Of a stretch of 64,000 nt of DNA, positions 25,510-40,000 are shown in pieces (position 1 is the stretch's first letter; every line of letters starts with the position of its first letter). Both the position numbers and the translations under genes were made by a program. Below the pieces are notes generated by a model. That model was given only the letters and a program-made list of their open reading frames with translations. It did not search any database and was not told the origin of the DNA. Location of the stretch: assembly GCF_006345805.1 (NCBI RefSeq), contig NC_043006.1:62062001-62126000 (forward strand), read 5' to 3'. The DNA comes from Octopus sinensis (Eukaryota).

Positions 25510-28500
25510 CTATTTATAAATGTTCTAAAATCGTCACAGCCTGGTTTCTTTTTTATCTCATTCTGAAAAACAAATTTTATATATACACACGCTGATATAT
25601 ATGAGGTACTTTGGACTCCTCATTCGAATAATCACCGAACCTGGAGCTTAACTATAGCACTTACTCAGCATTACCTGACACCTTTGGGTCTTACTGAAAC
25701 CATTACGTCTCATAACCTATATATATACGTAATTATACATATGTATGTTTATGCATATATATTTATGTATATTGTTTAACAGTTTTTCAAGAAGAAAATT
25801 TTAATCTGAGTTAATATAATGAAATGTAGAACTTCTACAACAAAGATCTTTGCATACTTTTCAACGACCCGCGTTTCTTATTTGTCAATGTAACTATAGT
25901 ACCCCAAAACATTACTGTGAGTATTAAATTTACACTTGTATAATGGTCGTATGATTCGCTAACAATATAACCCAAGTATATTTCACTTATATCGATGACA
26001 TTACGCTAAGATATAATACCACAAAAAACAGCATGTTCAATTAGGCTTGATAGAAAGGTGATCCTTGGGATAAATATTCTTTCCACTTATTTCGATAACA
26101 GTAATAATATAGATTACTTTTGCAGAGAATAATTCTATTGTGTGAAATTACTTAACAAAAGTAGCTAATAATTTGTTCCCTATCACATGGAAACACTGTA
26201 AATTCTTCGAACATTTTTGAATGCATTTCCGTATCTGTCAGAAAAAACATGTCAGTAATAGACACTTCATTTACGAAGCGTAGTTTCTTTTGTTATTAAC
26301 ATGTCTCACAAATACTGGAAAATTACCTCTAAATACACGCTGTACAACAGAGTGATTGCAATATGACATAAAATAAAGTTTACAGAACAGATTGAAGTAG
26401 TGTTCAATAAAGGATGGAGTAGCGAGGCTTTCTATTCAAGGATCAGTCACTAAGTAGAATGATAACACACATTAATCGACTCATCGTTTGGCTTACTAAA
26501 ATAGTAAAGTTGTTTAAGTTATTTTGAAGATGTTAATGCCATACGTGTAGTGTTTGGAATGTGAATAATTGACGCAACACGAAAACAAATATTACAATAT
26601 ATATTGTTCACTTGCAAACACTAATGTATATTGATTACGCTATCTGCCTGTAGTAACATATATGTATGTATGTGTGGATGTGAGTGTGCGTCTGTGCGTG
26701 AATACATATGTGTGCGTGTGTATATGTGTTGAGTTTACAGACATACATACTTAGATGTACATGTACAAGATGAGATGGCGTATTGTCTTGCAGCTATAGT
26801 TTTGAAGTTACTCTTCTAAGATCGATTCGTTTTATCTGTGAAAGCTTTTCATGGTCTAGCAACTCAACTATAGCAGCCAACCAACCCCTCTTCGGTTTTC
26901 ATCTTCTGAGACAAGCTGGGTATGGCCGAGTGTTTATCCGTCTTCCCGTAACTACATTATTATCTACACAAATTAGCGAAAGCATGGTAAATATAAGTTA
27001 CATTTTCTTCCGTAAAATATATAGACGGCAAAAGCTTGTGTATGCATGCACACATACACACACATAAGTACATATACACACACAAGCGCATATACACACA
27101 TGCGTACAGACAGTGTATTATTAAATTCATTTGAAAATATATTTAGATTCCATTCTCCTACATAAATAAATCATTACATTTCTTGAATCATGACTTTTCC
27201 ATAGGTCACGATTTTCAAACATATAACATTACGGCGTGAATTTTGACGTGTTTGTATTAAAAAGGGAACTATATATTTTCTTAGTTACAATATGAGCTCT
27301 TTATCGTTTTAATGCCGATTAACTTTTCTTTTTGTTGAGGAAGAATAATTCTGAATGATTGAAATTCAAATGAAAATTTTAAAACAATTTTTTTATAAGC
27401 AAAAAAACTACTGACGCCTAGCTTATATTTTTCAGCAAGTATATTAGATTGATATTTTTGGGAAATTTATTTAAAATATATAAGTCGGCTTGCTCGTTCT
27501 CGATTATTTGTTTGATAGTGGGATTTCAAAATTATTGAGGATTCGACTCAGACAAACAAAATGACCTCTTTCTTTTTATTTCGAATTAGTCTATTGCATG
27601 TAGGAACCTAAATTAATTTTCTTTGTCCGCAGATGATTCAATGATATCAATTAAAACTAAATTTTCTCCCGACGTTTATTTGCTATCAATAAACAAGCTT
27701 TTAGTGATTTTGGTTGTTCCGATGTTTCAGTACTTGTTTCAAACTCGATGATTACTTCTGTATGTTGATGGTTGTGTGATGATACATAAGGTAGAGACTT
27801 TGGGAGTACATGAACTGTATTTTATCCTTCGTAATTCCTTAATATCAAGTCCTTGAAAATTCTACATATATTTCATGCCAGTTTAAATGCTATTTGTTTC
27901 TAGCTAAACAGAAGGTGTTTTTGAGGAATTTGAAGCAATTGAAGAATTGTTTAAAAAGTTACAATTCAAAAGATTTAGAATAAAAAAATGTGACAAATGT
28001 GGTGACTTTATAAACATCTTTCGATGTAATGGAAATTCAAATCAAACACACGTGGAAAGGGTTGGGAAATTATCCACCTGTCCGAAAAAGTAAAAATTAT
28101 ATATTGTAATTGAAAAGTAGATAAGGCAGCTATAGTTGATTTGAATTTTTAAACCCTACAAATGTAAATTATCATTACAACAGGACATTACGGTTTATGG
28201 AAAGGTAAACACGATAATTTCAAACAATGTTGAAAATCGTCGATTCATTTCGACCAGTAAAAGTAAAAGTAAAAGTAAAAGAGAAGTAAAACACAAGAAA
28301 TGTGAATACATTTTGAAGTTTAAGTGGAAAATCAAGAAAATTTTGTGAAACTATTTGCTAATCGAAAATCGATACAACACTACAAACTTATCTATGATAT
28401 GATCAATTGTCAGATACAATACGTTCTTGGTTTAATTTGAAGTGCATAGATGCGATTGAGGATATGTGTTTCTCTTAAATATTTGAATAAAATAGTTTGA

Positions 28501-28789
28501 TATGTCGACAACACAAACTTAAAAAAAAGGAGGCAAAATGATGCAATGAACTGTAGATGTTACTGAATTATAGAGAAAACATGATGTAACAGTGTAATTT
28601 ATATGCAGAGAGAACAAATAATACATTGACCGATACCAAGTTATTTGGGTATAAACAAACCAGCACCAGTTTAGCAAGCGGCAGAAGAGACAAACACAGA
28701 CACAAGCAAATTCGCATGCACGCAAGTACAACACACACACACAAACAGACGCACGCACAGACACACACATGCATATATTTATAAATACA

Positions 28790-28942
28790 AATACGACGGG
28801 CTGCCACGGTTTCCGTCTACCAAATTCAATCACAAGAATTTATCAGATCCGCCTTATGGCATAAAACACTACTCCAAAGCGCTACGCTGTGATAATGGAC
28901 ACGAACTGCATGTTGACAAAAATGAACCTCTTTAATACTCAC
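28790..28942 (-). mobile_element. Degenerate SINE family B, 5' half
   Basis: GACGGGCTGCCACGGTTTCCGTCTACCAAATTC is the near reverse complement of the family B body. Confidence 0.7.
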
Positions 28943-28956
28943 ATTATGCCTGTGTA

Positions 28957-29329
28957 TCTATATTTATAAAACAAAGGATATATGTAGTACGTATGCATTT
29001 CTACAGTTTTCAACCGATTTTCACCAAATTCTAAACGCTGGAGCTCTGGGCAGAATGTTATACTCCATGAACATCCATGGCAGAAAGATGGTCATGGAGT
29101 ATAATATTTTGCCCAGAGCCCCCACGTAATGTGAGAAACCGACCGGATTTTTCACAGTTTTTTTTTTGTAAAGAAACTGCAGTTTTCAACCGACTTTCTC
29201 ACTTTTACGTCTGCAGTTTTCAAACGATGTTCTTCCTTTTCGCTCTCTCTTCATTTCTCTATTCTCTTTCTCATTAACACCTTCTGCAACACTTTCTCTC
29301 GTTAAGTCTATATTAGTTCCTTTCACTCA

Positions 29330-29387
<58 letters not shown>

Positions 29388-30800
29388 TGTGTAAATCTCT
29401 TTGTCTTCACGCTATTGGTACGTTTTCTCCACAACATTACTTATTTAAAATTTTTCGCACTCAGACTATTTAAATACACTATTTACATTTCTCCCTCTAT
29501 CAAAAACCGTTGTGATACAGCCAATAAGCCTTCATTACTAACCAAAGAGAATTCAAGAACGCCACTGAGCGTTCATGAGTTAGAAAGTGATATCCTAAAG
29601 TGGCTCAAGTTCTTTCACTTAACCTATTTTCTTATAAAGCCTTATACGCTGAAATGAGGTTTGTAATTTCTGTCTACAAATTGATTTGCTTCTGTGATAT
29701 AATATTGTTTCACTTTTAATTCTAATGTTATAAGACTATAATAATGTTTCACTTTATGTGTGTTTGTTTGCGCATTCAATACCTACGAGATAGTAAAGAA
29801 TATGTTATACCACGACAACGATGACGTCACCTATATGAGTGTGTATGCGTCTCAAAATGAATTGTGTGGGTTTATGAGTGTGTAGGTCTCTATAACTGTG
29901 TGTGTGTTTCGGTGTTTCGCACGTTATTAAATATATACGCATCTACACATAGATATACACATGTGATGACTGACATGCGTGAATGCATGTCTGTATATGT
30001 CTCTCTTACCGTATGTATGTAACTGTATATGAGAGTGTACGTATGAGAATCGTCACATCTTGTATATGAATGTGTATGAGTCTGTGAATGTGTGTGTGTG
30101 TTTGTGCGCACGTTACGTACGTTATTAAACACACACATACATATGCACATACATATACATATGTGACGAGAGTGGCTGGAGGTTAAAATCTTGACAAAAG
30201 CAATTACGTGCAAGGTCCAACATATATAAAAATACACATCAACCATTCAATTAACGGTTCGTAATTATCTTAGCAGTTGCAAGATTGCAAGGTATTTACA
30301 ATTTGGTTATATTTAGTTAATTTACACTGCATGCAAAAATATAGACGTACTGCATGCACGGCATACAAAAATAGAAGATTAATGCGTATTTTTCTATGCT
30401 CATAATTGCTTGCTAAAAATATTGAAAAAATATGCCACCAAAGAAAGAACGTAATCTCTGCAGAAACACCTATAAAGCAAGTGGAAGTGCAGAAAACCGA
30501 AGGGACATGAGGCCCCCTCAACATCAGCAACGGCATGCTGCAGCAAGTGAGATGGAGTCGCAATACAAGAGGGACAGGACACTTTCCAAAGATCACCAAA
30601 CGCATGCTGCAACACGTCAAACACAGTCTCAAGAGAGAAGGGAAATCAGAGAGCACACTTCAACGCTTAATGCCGAATCATTAAAACAACGTTTAGCGCA
30701 CCGGATTACACAGAGATCCAATAGAATAGCCGTCAGAAACACCACGTACACATTCATTCTTCACAACACCTGGAACTGCTTTCAGATATGATACATTCTA
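28957..30800 (+). mobile_element. Putative non-autonomous Helitron, 5' part; no 3' CTAG end found
   Basis: A^TCTATATTTATAAAA start followed by TTTCAACCGATTTTCACCAAATT (similar block at 49495); contains ORF 30432-30791. Confidence 0.5.
30432..30791 (+). CDS. 119-aa ORF resembling the charged N-terminal region of a Helitron Rep/helicase protein; truncated
   Basis: MPPKKERNLCRNT..HQQRHAAASEMESQ..QERREIRE..LKQRL; recalled similarity only. No Rep or helicase motifs follow. Confidence 0.4.
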   Translation: MPPKKERNLCRNTYKASGSAENRRDMRPPQHQQRHAAASEMESQYKRDRTLSKDHQTHAATRQTQSQERREIREHTSTLNAESLKQRLAHRITQRSNRIAVRNTTYTFILHNTWNCFQI

Positions 30801-30844
30801 TTCTTATAAAAATGATAATTCTGTCCAAATTTGTGTGCTAAACT

Positions 30845-30933
<89 letters not shown>

Positions 30934-31110
30934 TGATAAAGTGGTAAGACTACAAAAGAATAAAAGAGACCCCGATATTAAGTAAATAGAGGAATTTGTC
31001 TGTAAATAGTTTACAGATATATATATATAGATAAAAATGGTAAGAAACCAAAATAATAAAAGAGACCTCGATATTATGTAAATAGAAGAATTTATCTGTA
31101 AATATTTTAC

Positions 31111-31141
<31 letters not shown>

Positions 31142-31154
31142 ATATATATATATG

Positions 31155-31187
<33 letters not shown>

Positions 31188-31495
31188 GTTGTTATATTTC
31201 GAGATGTTTTTTTTATCACAAATAAGTACACGCATTTTATAATCATTCTGCAGTCGTTTATAAGAAGACAGATGGACTAATGGAAGGAGAATACACGAGA
31301 ACGGAATGTTCGGCTGAAGTGATCACAGATGTTCGACGAAAGATTTCTGGACATTAAATATACGATAAAATATGGCCAATAATAAATGAGTTTAGTTGCC
31401 CCCCCCCCATAAAAAAAGAACAAATGACTATCACGAAATATAACAATATCTGTTTCAACAAACATTTTCACCTCAGCAATCTTGCAAGTTGAACG

Positions 31496-31569
<74 letters not shown>

Positions 31570-32004
31570 TATATATAGAACAATTTTATATCATTCCCAC
31601 ATTATCAAAAATCGAATATAAATATATCAATTAAAAGAATAGGGCACCAATGGTAAAGCCAAACACTATAAAACATACACATATGCACTTCCTTCGTCTC
31701 GGTGTTACCTGAGCACTTCCTTCTGCTGTCCTATTTTTATTTTTGCGCTTCGGTTTAACGGAATTTTCTTAATGAAGCTATAATGAAGCTATAAAATTAT
31801 TCACTTATATATATATATATGTGTGTGTGGGGGGGTGAGTATGAATGAATGTAAATGCATATATGGATTTATATTCACGATTAAATAAAAAGACAATAAG
31901 CAATAAGCGGAAAATATCACCTAAGTATAGTATTGAAAACAAACATGTAGTAATTATAGAAACGAACGTATATTAAATATACGACACGCACACGACGCGC
32001 GCGC

Positions 32005-32402
32005 CACTCTCTTCACTTCCCACGTAACTGCCTGTCAGTCTAGCCTGTTCTTTGTTCCTTGATCTGACCACCGTCCGTGCAACATCGATATTCTTCCCTG
32101 TGCTTTTGACATTTCTGTATCTCTGCCGTAAGTCTTCATTCCGCACGCACCAGCTTAATTCATTTCTTCCTTAGTCGAAAGACACTTGTTGTTATGTCCT
32201 TTTATTATTTTTATTGTATTTATATTTGTGTAAATTTGTCAGTTTTTTCTGTCCTTGTTTTTGTATACATTCGCTGCTTTCTTTCAAGGAATCTAATGCG
32301 CTTAGCTTAGTTTTTTCTTGGGGTTGGCCAGATTGGAGCAATCTCAAGAATAATCAGCCGAAGTTGCGAGGATAATCTGTTGCTTGTCTGAGGATAGAGA
32401 GC
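32005..32402 (+). repeat. Dispersed repeat family D copy
   Basis: Homologous to 19250-19620. Confidence 0.75.
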
Positions 32403-34639
32403 TTGATAGATAGATGGATAGATAACATATTCATATACGTGTGTGCGTCTATGTGCGTGTTTTCGTGTGTGTGCATGTGTGTGTGGGGGAGTACAACTTA
32501 ATTCAAGTCAAATGAAATGTATTCGACTTACTATGGAACAATATTTCGATGAAAACAAAGCTAAATAATCACATACGCGTCGGAGTATATAATATATATC
32601 ATTCGAAGCCACTTTTCTGAAGTCGTTGATTTAGGTAAACAACCGCGCATTACAGTAATTAGCACTTAGCCAAGCTATTCTTTTAAACTTTGTCAGTGAA
32701 GTTCATTAAAAGGAGATAAATAATTAGTTGCTAATTCTATATTCTTTACAAAATTTAACTTTCAAAAACCTATTATATGCTGGAATATTGGGTTTCAATT
32801 TATTTCAGAGGGTGAGAAAATTTGGTTTGTTTCATTTTCTATATTGACAGCAATTCTCTACCCATTATAATTCATACTGCAAATGTTCATTTACATCAGC
32901 TGTAGGCATGATTCGTGGAATGAATGGAAAGAAGAAGAAAGACGGTTTTGTTATTATTGTTACATAAAAGAGAGGAATCTAGATTGGATAAATTGATTGC
33001 TATTACCACATGTCAACGCGAATCTCAAAGAATATTTCTCCATGGTAACTGAGTGGCTGTTCACATTAGTAATACGTACAAATGATTTGAGTGTTATACT
33101 GCTACATCATTCACATTTCGAAAACGTTTCCATAGATTGATACAGAAACCTAGAAATCAAAAACATTAATGTCCACCCAATTTTTGTTGTCCTTGATTCT
33201 TTTGTGAGTAGATATGTTCTTTCAAAATTGATTTGGAAAATCAACATTTATGCTGAAATATTGAGGTTTATATAAGAGGGCGAGTTAATTTCCTTTGAAG
33301 AACAGAAGTGTTTACTATTCAACCGTTTGATAAATGTGAGTCTCTCTGTCAGTGTTTGTGTGTGTATATGTATGTATGTAAATATATAAATATATATATA
33401 TATACATATCAATATATTATGTTTATACATGTATGTGTGCGTGTGTGTGTGTATTTTCTGGTATTATATCATTAACGAGACACTTTTCTGAAAATATTAG
33501 GGGAAAAATATAGATGATTGAAACAAAATGAGTAGATATTTTAGTAAGACTTTTCATATTGTTGGAGCGGCAAAATAGTGGAAAAGAGAGAATATAACAG
33601 AGTGCGTGGCAGCAAATAATTGCATTTTGAAAAGAAGCAAGTGGATGTAAAAGACTACCAAACTATTTGATGTCATATAGACTTCTGCTATTTAATGAAA
33701 CAACTACTAGATTTACATTACAAACGGAAAATTATGAACGTCATTGAAACCATATACGATCAGTCGTCTTACAAGCATTGTTGTTAGACATATGTTATTT
33801 TTGAATACACTGAAAGCAAACTTTGGGTTAGTTAAAATATGTTGGTGACATAACATAACTTCTAAAAGCAAATTTACTGCAGTAATCATAAAGTAAAAAG
33901 AAAACTTCTAGCTTATACTAAAAGGAGTAAACACGCGATATCTGCTCAGTACCTCTCCATAACGGACTCCCGGACGTGTTTCTGCAGTAAATATGCTTTT
34001 AGCAGTTAAGGTGTGTCAAACATGTATTTGAATTAACCTAAGGTTCTTTTATTGCTCATTACTGCATAGCGCTGATACGAGTGGATTTATTCCGGTCAAG
34101 CGGTCCGTGATCACAACTCAGTTATCGATATTGAATTTTAAGATAAGGGCACGGTTTTCGAAGCTTCTCCAGTTGTTTCTCTTCGGCGCCTCCTTCTGGG
34201 GAAGGCTAAATAAGCAGAAACGCGCTTGGACGTTCGCTTACAGGAGATTGCAAGAAGATATAGTGTTTTTAACATACATTTTAACATAAGCTAAAATCAT
34301 TTCTCTCCTGCAAATTTGTCTTTACAAGATGAACTCTCACAAACATATTTTAACTGACATGATATTCGTTTATCACCCATTATTACATAGCGTTAATATC
34401 AATAAATTCATACTGCGCTTATATGAAGCCAGTGTAGCCGATACGCAAGATCTGTAGATCTGTATCATGTGGCCGTCCTGCAGACAGGTTGGCTCGCGAT
34501 TTATACGGAACTTGCTATCACAATTAATTTTCCAAGTCCATCGATATCATAATGCACAGCACATAAGCACACACACAAACTTATATATGTATGAGTGCGT
34601 ATATGAGTAAATATATGTAAATATATGTAAATATATGTA

Positions 34640-34686
<47 letters not shown>

Positions 34687-35116
34687 TTTATTTGTTAGGG
34701 AATAAAAATTCCGGCATAACAGGGGTTCAAATTATTCTCAATGAGGAAATATATATTTTCATTTAGAGATAGTAGGCCTCTTCATCTCACCATATAAAAG
34801 AATTTAAATTTAAATACTTACTACTTTATAACTTGACCACACGTCTTTCTTGAGGTACATTTCCCGGTCCCATAACCACGCCGTGTTTTGCTGGAACCAT
34901 TCTTAAAATATAACCCCAATCATCAGGACACTATGTTTGATACTATGAACTATATTTTAATTTTTTGAACAAATAAGTATGTGTAAAATAGGTTCCCCGG
35001 ACCGTACTGTATAAGCCATAATTTAATTCAAATAAAAAATTACGAAGATAATATATGTATATATATATACACATACATACATATGTGCTTGTGTGTATGT
35101 ATGTGTGTACGTGTAT

Positions 35117-35490
35117 ATGGTATGCAGATTGCTTCCCAACGACATGCTTCCGGATTCAGTCCCACTGCGTGGCACCTTAAGCAATTGTCTTCTATCATAG
35201 TGTCGCGCCAATGAAAGCTTTCTGAGAGGATTTGGTAGACGGAAAGCCCATCGTATATATGTATATATGCATGTATGTGTGTGTATGTTTGTATCTCTGT
35301 GTTTGTCCCCCCCACTCCATTATTGCTTGACAACCGATGGTGTTATGTTTACGTCCCTGTAACTTAGCGGTTCGGCAAAGATACCGATAGGATACCTACT
35401 AGGCATACAAAGAATAAGTCCTGCGGTCGATTTGTTCGACCCCAGCATGGCCGCAGTCAAATGAATGAAACAAGTAAAAGTGTAAAAGAG
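35117..35490 (+). mobile_element. Diverged SINE family B copy
   Basis: GGATTCAGTCCCACTGCGTGGCACC, GGATTTGGTAGACGGAAA and the tail CCAGCATGGCCGCAGTCAAATGAATGAAAC. Confidence 0.8.
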
Positions 35491-35493
35491 TAT

Positions 35494-35536
<43 letters not shown>

Positions 35537-35979
35537 ATGTGAGAGAGAGAGAGAAAGAGTTTGTTTGTGTGTGTGTATGTATGCATATGTCTGTATGTGT
35601 CATTGTGTCTGTATTTGTCTACCAATTACCGCTTAAATATCTCTTTAAAATATCTCCTAAAAAAGTGTAAGATTCCACCCATTCGTGATTGATTGCATAT
35701 CAATATATATTATTTTGTATCGCCTGTTGACAACGCATATATTTTTTCTCCTTTCAGTGTGTCACTTTGTATATATATTTTATATTGAATTTTATTATTT
35801 ATATTTCAGCGTGGAAGGTGTTTATAAGCCATTTAAAAATACACGAAAAGCCGTTAGATTCACTTCAACATTTAAATTTAATTTGCCAGAATATTATCGT
35901 CCTTTGAGACCGCTACCTGTTTACTGCCAAAATTCCGTACTGCAACTGAGAAAAATAACGATTAGTTAATGATATGAAT

Positions 35980-36150
35980 GTACGTATGTATGTATGTATG
36001 TATGTATGTATGTATGTATGTATGTATGTATGTATGTATGTATGTATGTATGTACGTATGTATATGTATGTATGTATGTATGTATGTGTGCATGTATGTA
36101 TGTATGCATTTATCTATGTATGTATGTATGTATGTATGTATGTATGAATG
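35980..36150. repeat. (GTAT)n microsatellite
   Basis: Directly visible. Confidence 0.95.
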
Positions 36151-36983
36151 TATGTATTAATGTATGTATGTATGCATGTATATATATATGTATATATATA
36201 TGTGTGTGTAGTACGTATGTATGTACGTACATATGTATGTATATGTGCTTGTAAATATGTGCGTACGCATTTGTGTACATGCGTATACCTATACTCATGT
36301 GTACATGTATGTACTTATGTATGAATGTAAGTATTTAGGTATGTAAGCGCATAGACGTATACGTGTGTGTGTGTGTGTGTGTGTGTGTGCATATATGTAT
36401 GGACATGTGACTATAGGTTTATGTACTGGTATGTGTGTTTATTCCAGTATACACGACTGTTACACTGTCGAAGGTTGTATATATATATATAAAGGGAAAG
36501 TTTACGAAAGTAAACAAAAGACGAAAGCAGGTGGTGTACAAACAAACAGATGTATTTGTATAGCGCTCAGGAATAGAAAAAGTCTTTTACGTTTCGAGCC
36601 TACGCTCTTCTACAGAATGATACAGAGGAAAAAACAAAGAGAGAAATAATGAGAGAAAAAATGTGTGTAGTAGCTAACGATCTATCATGGCGTATATATA
36701 GGTGAATGGAAACAATATCATAGATACATACCTGCAAATATAGACATACCTATATATACATACAAGGATACACAATCATATAAACACGTATACACACTCA
36801 CACATATACATATAATCTTAAAGTATACATATACACATATAATCTTAAGTATACGCTTATCCATCTACACATATATATTTCACTATTCTCGTAGGCAACG
36901 GTTAAAATTGAAACTTTTTAAAAATTCATTTTTATTTTTTATTTTATATTTTTATTTTATTACAATGGACATATACATATATA

Positions 36984-37019
<36 letters not shown>

Positions 37020-37022
<3 letters not shown>

Positions 37023-40000
37023 AAAGGGCTTAGTAAAATAAATTACTTTGCCGCATACTGAACTCATTAGAAATAGCAGCTAAAAAACTTTTTTAAGGCC
37101 ATTTCTAATACTTAAAGAAAATCTCTCTCATATATAGTGTTTGCTTAATTCAACTCACAAAAGTTTGGGGGTAAGGACATCGAAAAATCAAATGCTAAGG
37201 TTATTCGAGAACGTACGTTTCAAGATTAGTCAAAACAACATTTCTATCATCGGCTCAGAAATTCCTTGGTTTGGATTTGGAAACACTGAAATAATAACAT
37301 ACCCCTTCGAAGATCTGCTCCCAACTAACAGTGCCAACAAATTCAAAATAAGCAAGCGAAGAATCTCTGTTCTCCCCTTTCCACCAGCGTGGTTAAAATC
37401 ATCAAACACTATGCTTATTTCGGTAAAATCCTAAGCATTAATCAGAGGGAGATTAATTATAATTTCAACAATTGAGGGCAAAATTAATTAATTATTAATC
37501 AATTTCACCAAGTGTTCAGTATGCAAAGGGACCATTCAAGGCGAATTCAAATTATTACATATATAAAAGGGCTTAGTAAAATAAATTACTTTGCCGCATA
37601 CTGAACTCATTAGAAATAGCAGCTAAAAAACTTTTTTAAGGCCATTTCTAATACTTAAAGAAAATCTCTCTCATATATAGTGTTTGCTTAATTCAACTCA
37701 CAAAAGTTTGGGGGTAAGGACATCGAAAAATCAAATGCTAAGGTTATTCGAGAACGTACGTTTCAAGATTAGTCAAAAAACATTTCTATCATCGGCTCAG
37801 AAATTCCTTGGTTTGGATTTGGAAACACTGAAAATAAGAACATACCCCTTCGAAGATCTGCTCCCAACTAACAGTGCCAACAAATTCAAAAAGAAGCAAG
37901 CGAAGAATCTCTGTTCTCCCCTTTCCACCAGCGTGGTTAAAATCATCAAACAACACTGCTTATTTCGGTAAAATCCTAAGCATTAATCAGAGGAGATTAA
38001 TTATAATTTCAACAATTGAGGGCAAAATTAATTAATTATTAATCAATTTCACCAAGTGGTCAGTATGCAAAGGGACCATTCAAGGCGAATTCAAATTATT
38101 ACATTATAAAAAGGGCTTAGTAAAATAAATTACTTTGCCGCATACTGAACTCATTAGAAATAGCAGCTAAAAAACTTTTTAAGGCCATTTCTAATACTTA
38201 AAGAAAATCTCTCTCATATATAGTGTTTGCTTAATTCAACTCACAAAAGTTTGGGGGTAAGGACATCGAAAAATCAAATGCTAAGGTTATTCGAGAACGT
38301 ACGTTTCAAGATTAGTCAAAACAACATTTCTATCATCGGCTCAGAAATTCCTTGGTTTGGATTTGGAAACACTGAAAATAAGAACATACCCCTTCGAAGA
38401 TCTGCTCCCAACTACAGTGCCAACAAATTCAAAATAAGCAAGCGAAGAATCTCTGTTCCTCTCCTCCTCCACTTCCACAGGTGGTTAAAATCATCAAACA
38501 CTATGCTTATTTCGGTAAAATCCTAAGCATTAATCAGAGGGAGATTAATTATAATTTCAACAATTGAGGGCAAAATTAATTAATTATTAATCAATTTCAC
38601 CAAGTGAAATTGATTAATAATTATTAATTTTTCACTTGGTGAATTGATTAATAATTAATTAATTTTGCCCTCAATTGTTGAAATTATAATTAATCTCCCT
38701 CTGATTAATGCTTAGGATTTTACCGAAATAAGCATAGTGTTTGATGATTTTAACCCACGCTGGTGGAAAGGGGAGAACAGAGATTCTTCGCTTGCTTATT
38801 TTGAATTTGTTGGCACTGTTAGTTGGGAGCAGATCTTCGAAGGGGTATGTTCTTATTTTCAGTGTTTCCAAATCCAAACCAAGGAATTTCTGAGCCGATG
38901 ATAGAATGTTGTTTTGACTAATCTTGAACGTACGTTCTCGAATAACCTTAGCATTTGATTTTTCGATGTCCTTACCCCCAAACCTTTGTGAGTTGAATTA
39001 AGCAAACACTATATATGAGAGAGATTTTCTTTAAGTATTAGAAATGGCCTTAAAAAAGTTTTTTAGCTGCTATTTCTAATGAGTTCAGTATGCGGCAAAG
39101 TAATTTATTTTACTAAGCCCTTTTATATAATGTAATAATTTGAATTCGCCTTGAATGGTCCCTTTGCATACTGAACACTTGGTGAAATTGATTAATAATT
39201 AATTAATTTTGCCCTCAATTGTTGAAATTATAATTAATCTCCCTCTGATTAATGCTTAGGATTTTACCGAAATAAGCATAGTGTTTGATGATTTTAACCC
39301 ACGCTGGTGGAAAGGGGAGAACAGAGATTCTTCGCTTGCTTATTTTGAATTTGTTGGCACTGTTAGTTGGGAGCAGATCTTCGAAGGGGTATGTTCTTAT
39401 TTTCAGTGTTTCCAAATCCAAACCAAGGAATTTCTGAGCCGATGATAGAAATGTTGTTTTGACTAATCTTGAAACGTACGTTCTCGAATAACCTTAGCAT
39501 TTGATTTTTCGATGTCCTTACCCCCAAACTTTTGTGAGTTGAATTAAGCAAACACTATATATGAGAGAGATTTTCTTTAAGTATTAGAAATGGCCTTAAA
39601 AAAGTTTTTTAGCTGCTATTTCTAATGAGTTCAGTATGCGGCAAAGTAATTTATTTTACTAAGCCCTTTTATATAATGTAATAATTTGAATTCGCCTTGA
39701 ATGGTCCCTTTGCATACTGAACACTTGGTGAAATTGATTAATAATTAATTAATTTTGCCCTCAATTGTTGAAATTATAATTAATCTCCCTCTGATTAATG
39801 CTTAGGATTTTACCGAAATAAGCATAGTGTTTGATGATTTTAACCCACGCTGGTGGAAAGGGGAGAACAGAGATTCTTCGCTTGCTTATTTTGAATTTGT
39901 TGGCACTGTTAGTTGGGAGCAGATCTTCGAAGGGGTATGTTCTTATTTTCAGTGTTTCCAAATCCAAACCAAGGAATTTCTGAGCCGATGATAGAAATGT

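Larger units (their letters stand above)
25033..25570. mobile_element. Inverted-repeat element (arms ~25033-25203 and ~25395-25570) resembling inverted PLE pseudo-LTRs
   Basis: The arms are clearly reverse complementary with multiple substitutions and an indel; each contains an HHR motif. Confidence 0.7.

Noticed and set aside
27610-27760. Possible splice acceptor (TTTCTTTGTCCGCAG) and exon
   Set aside because: No convincing reading frame, donor site or homology.
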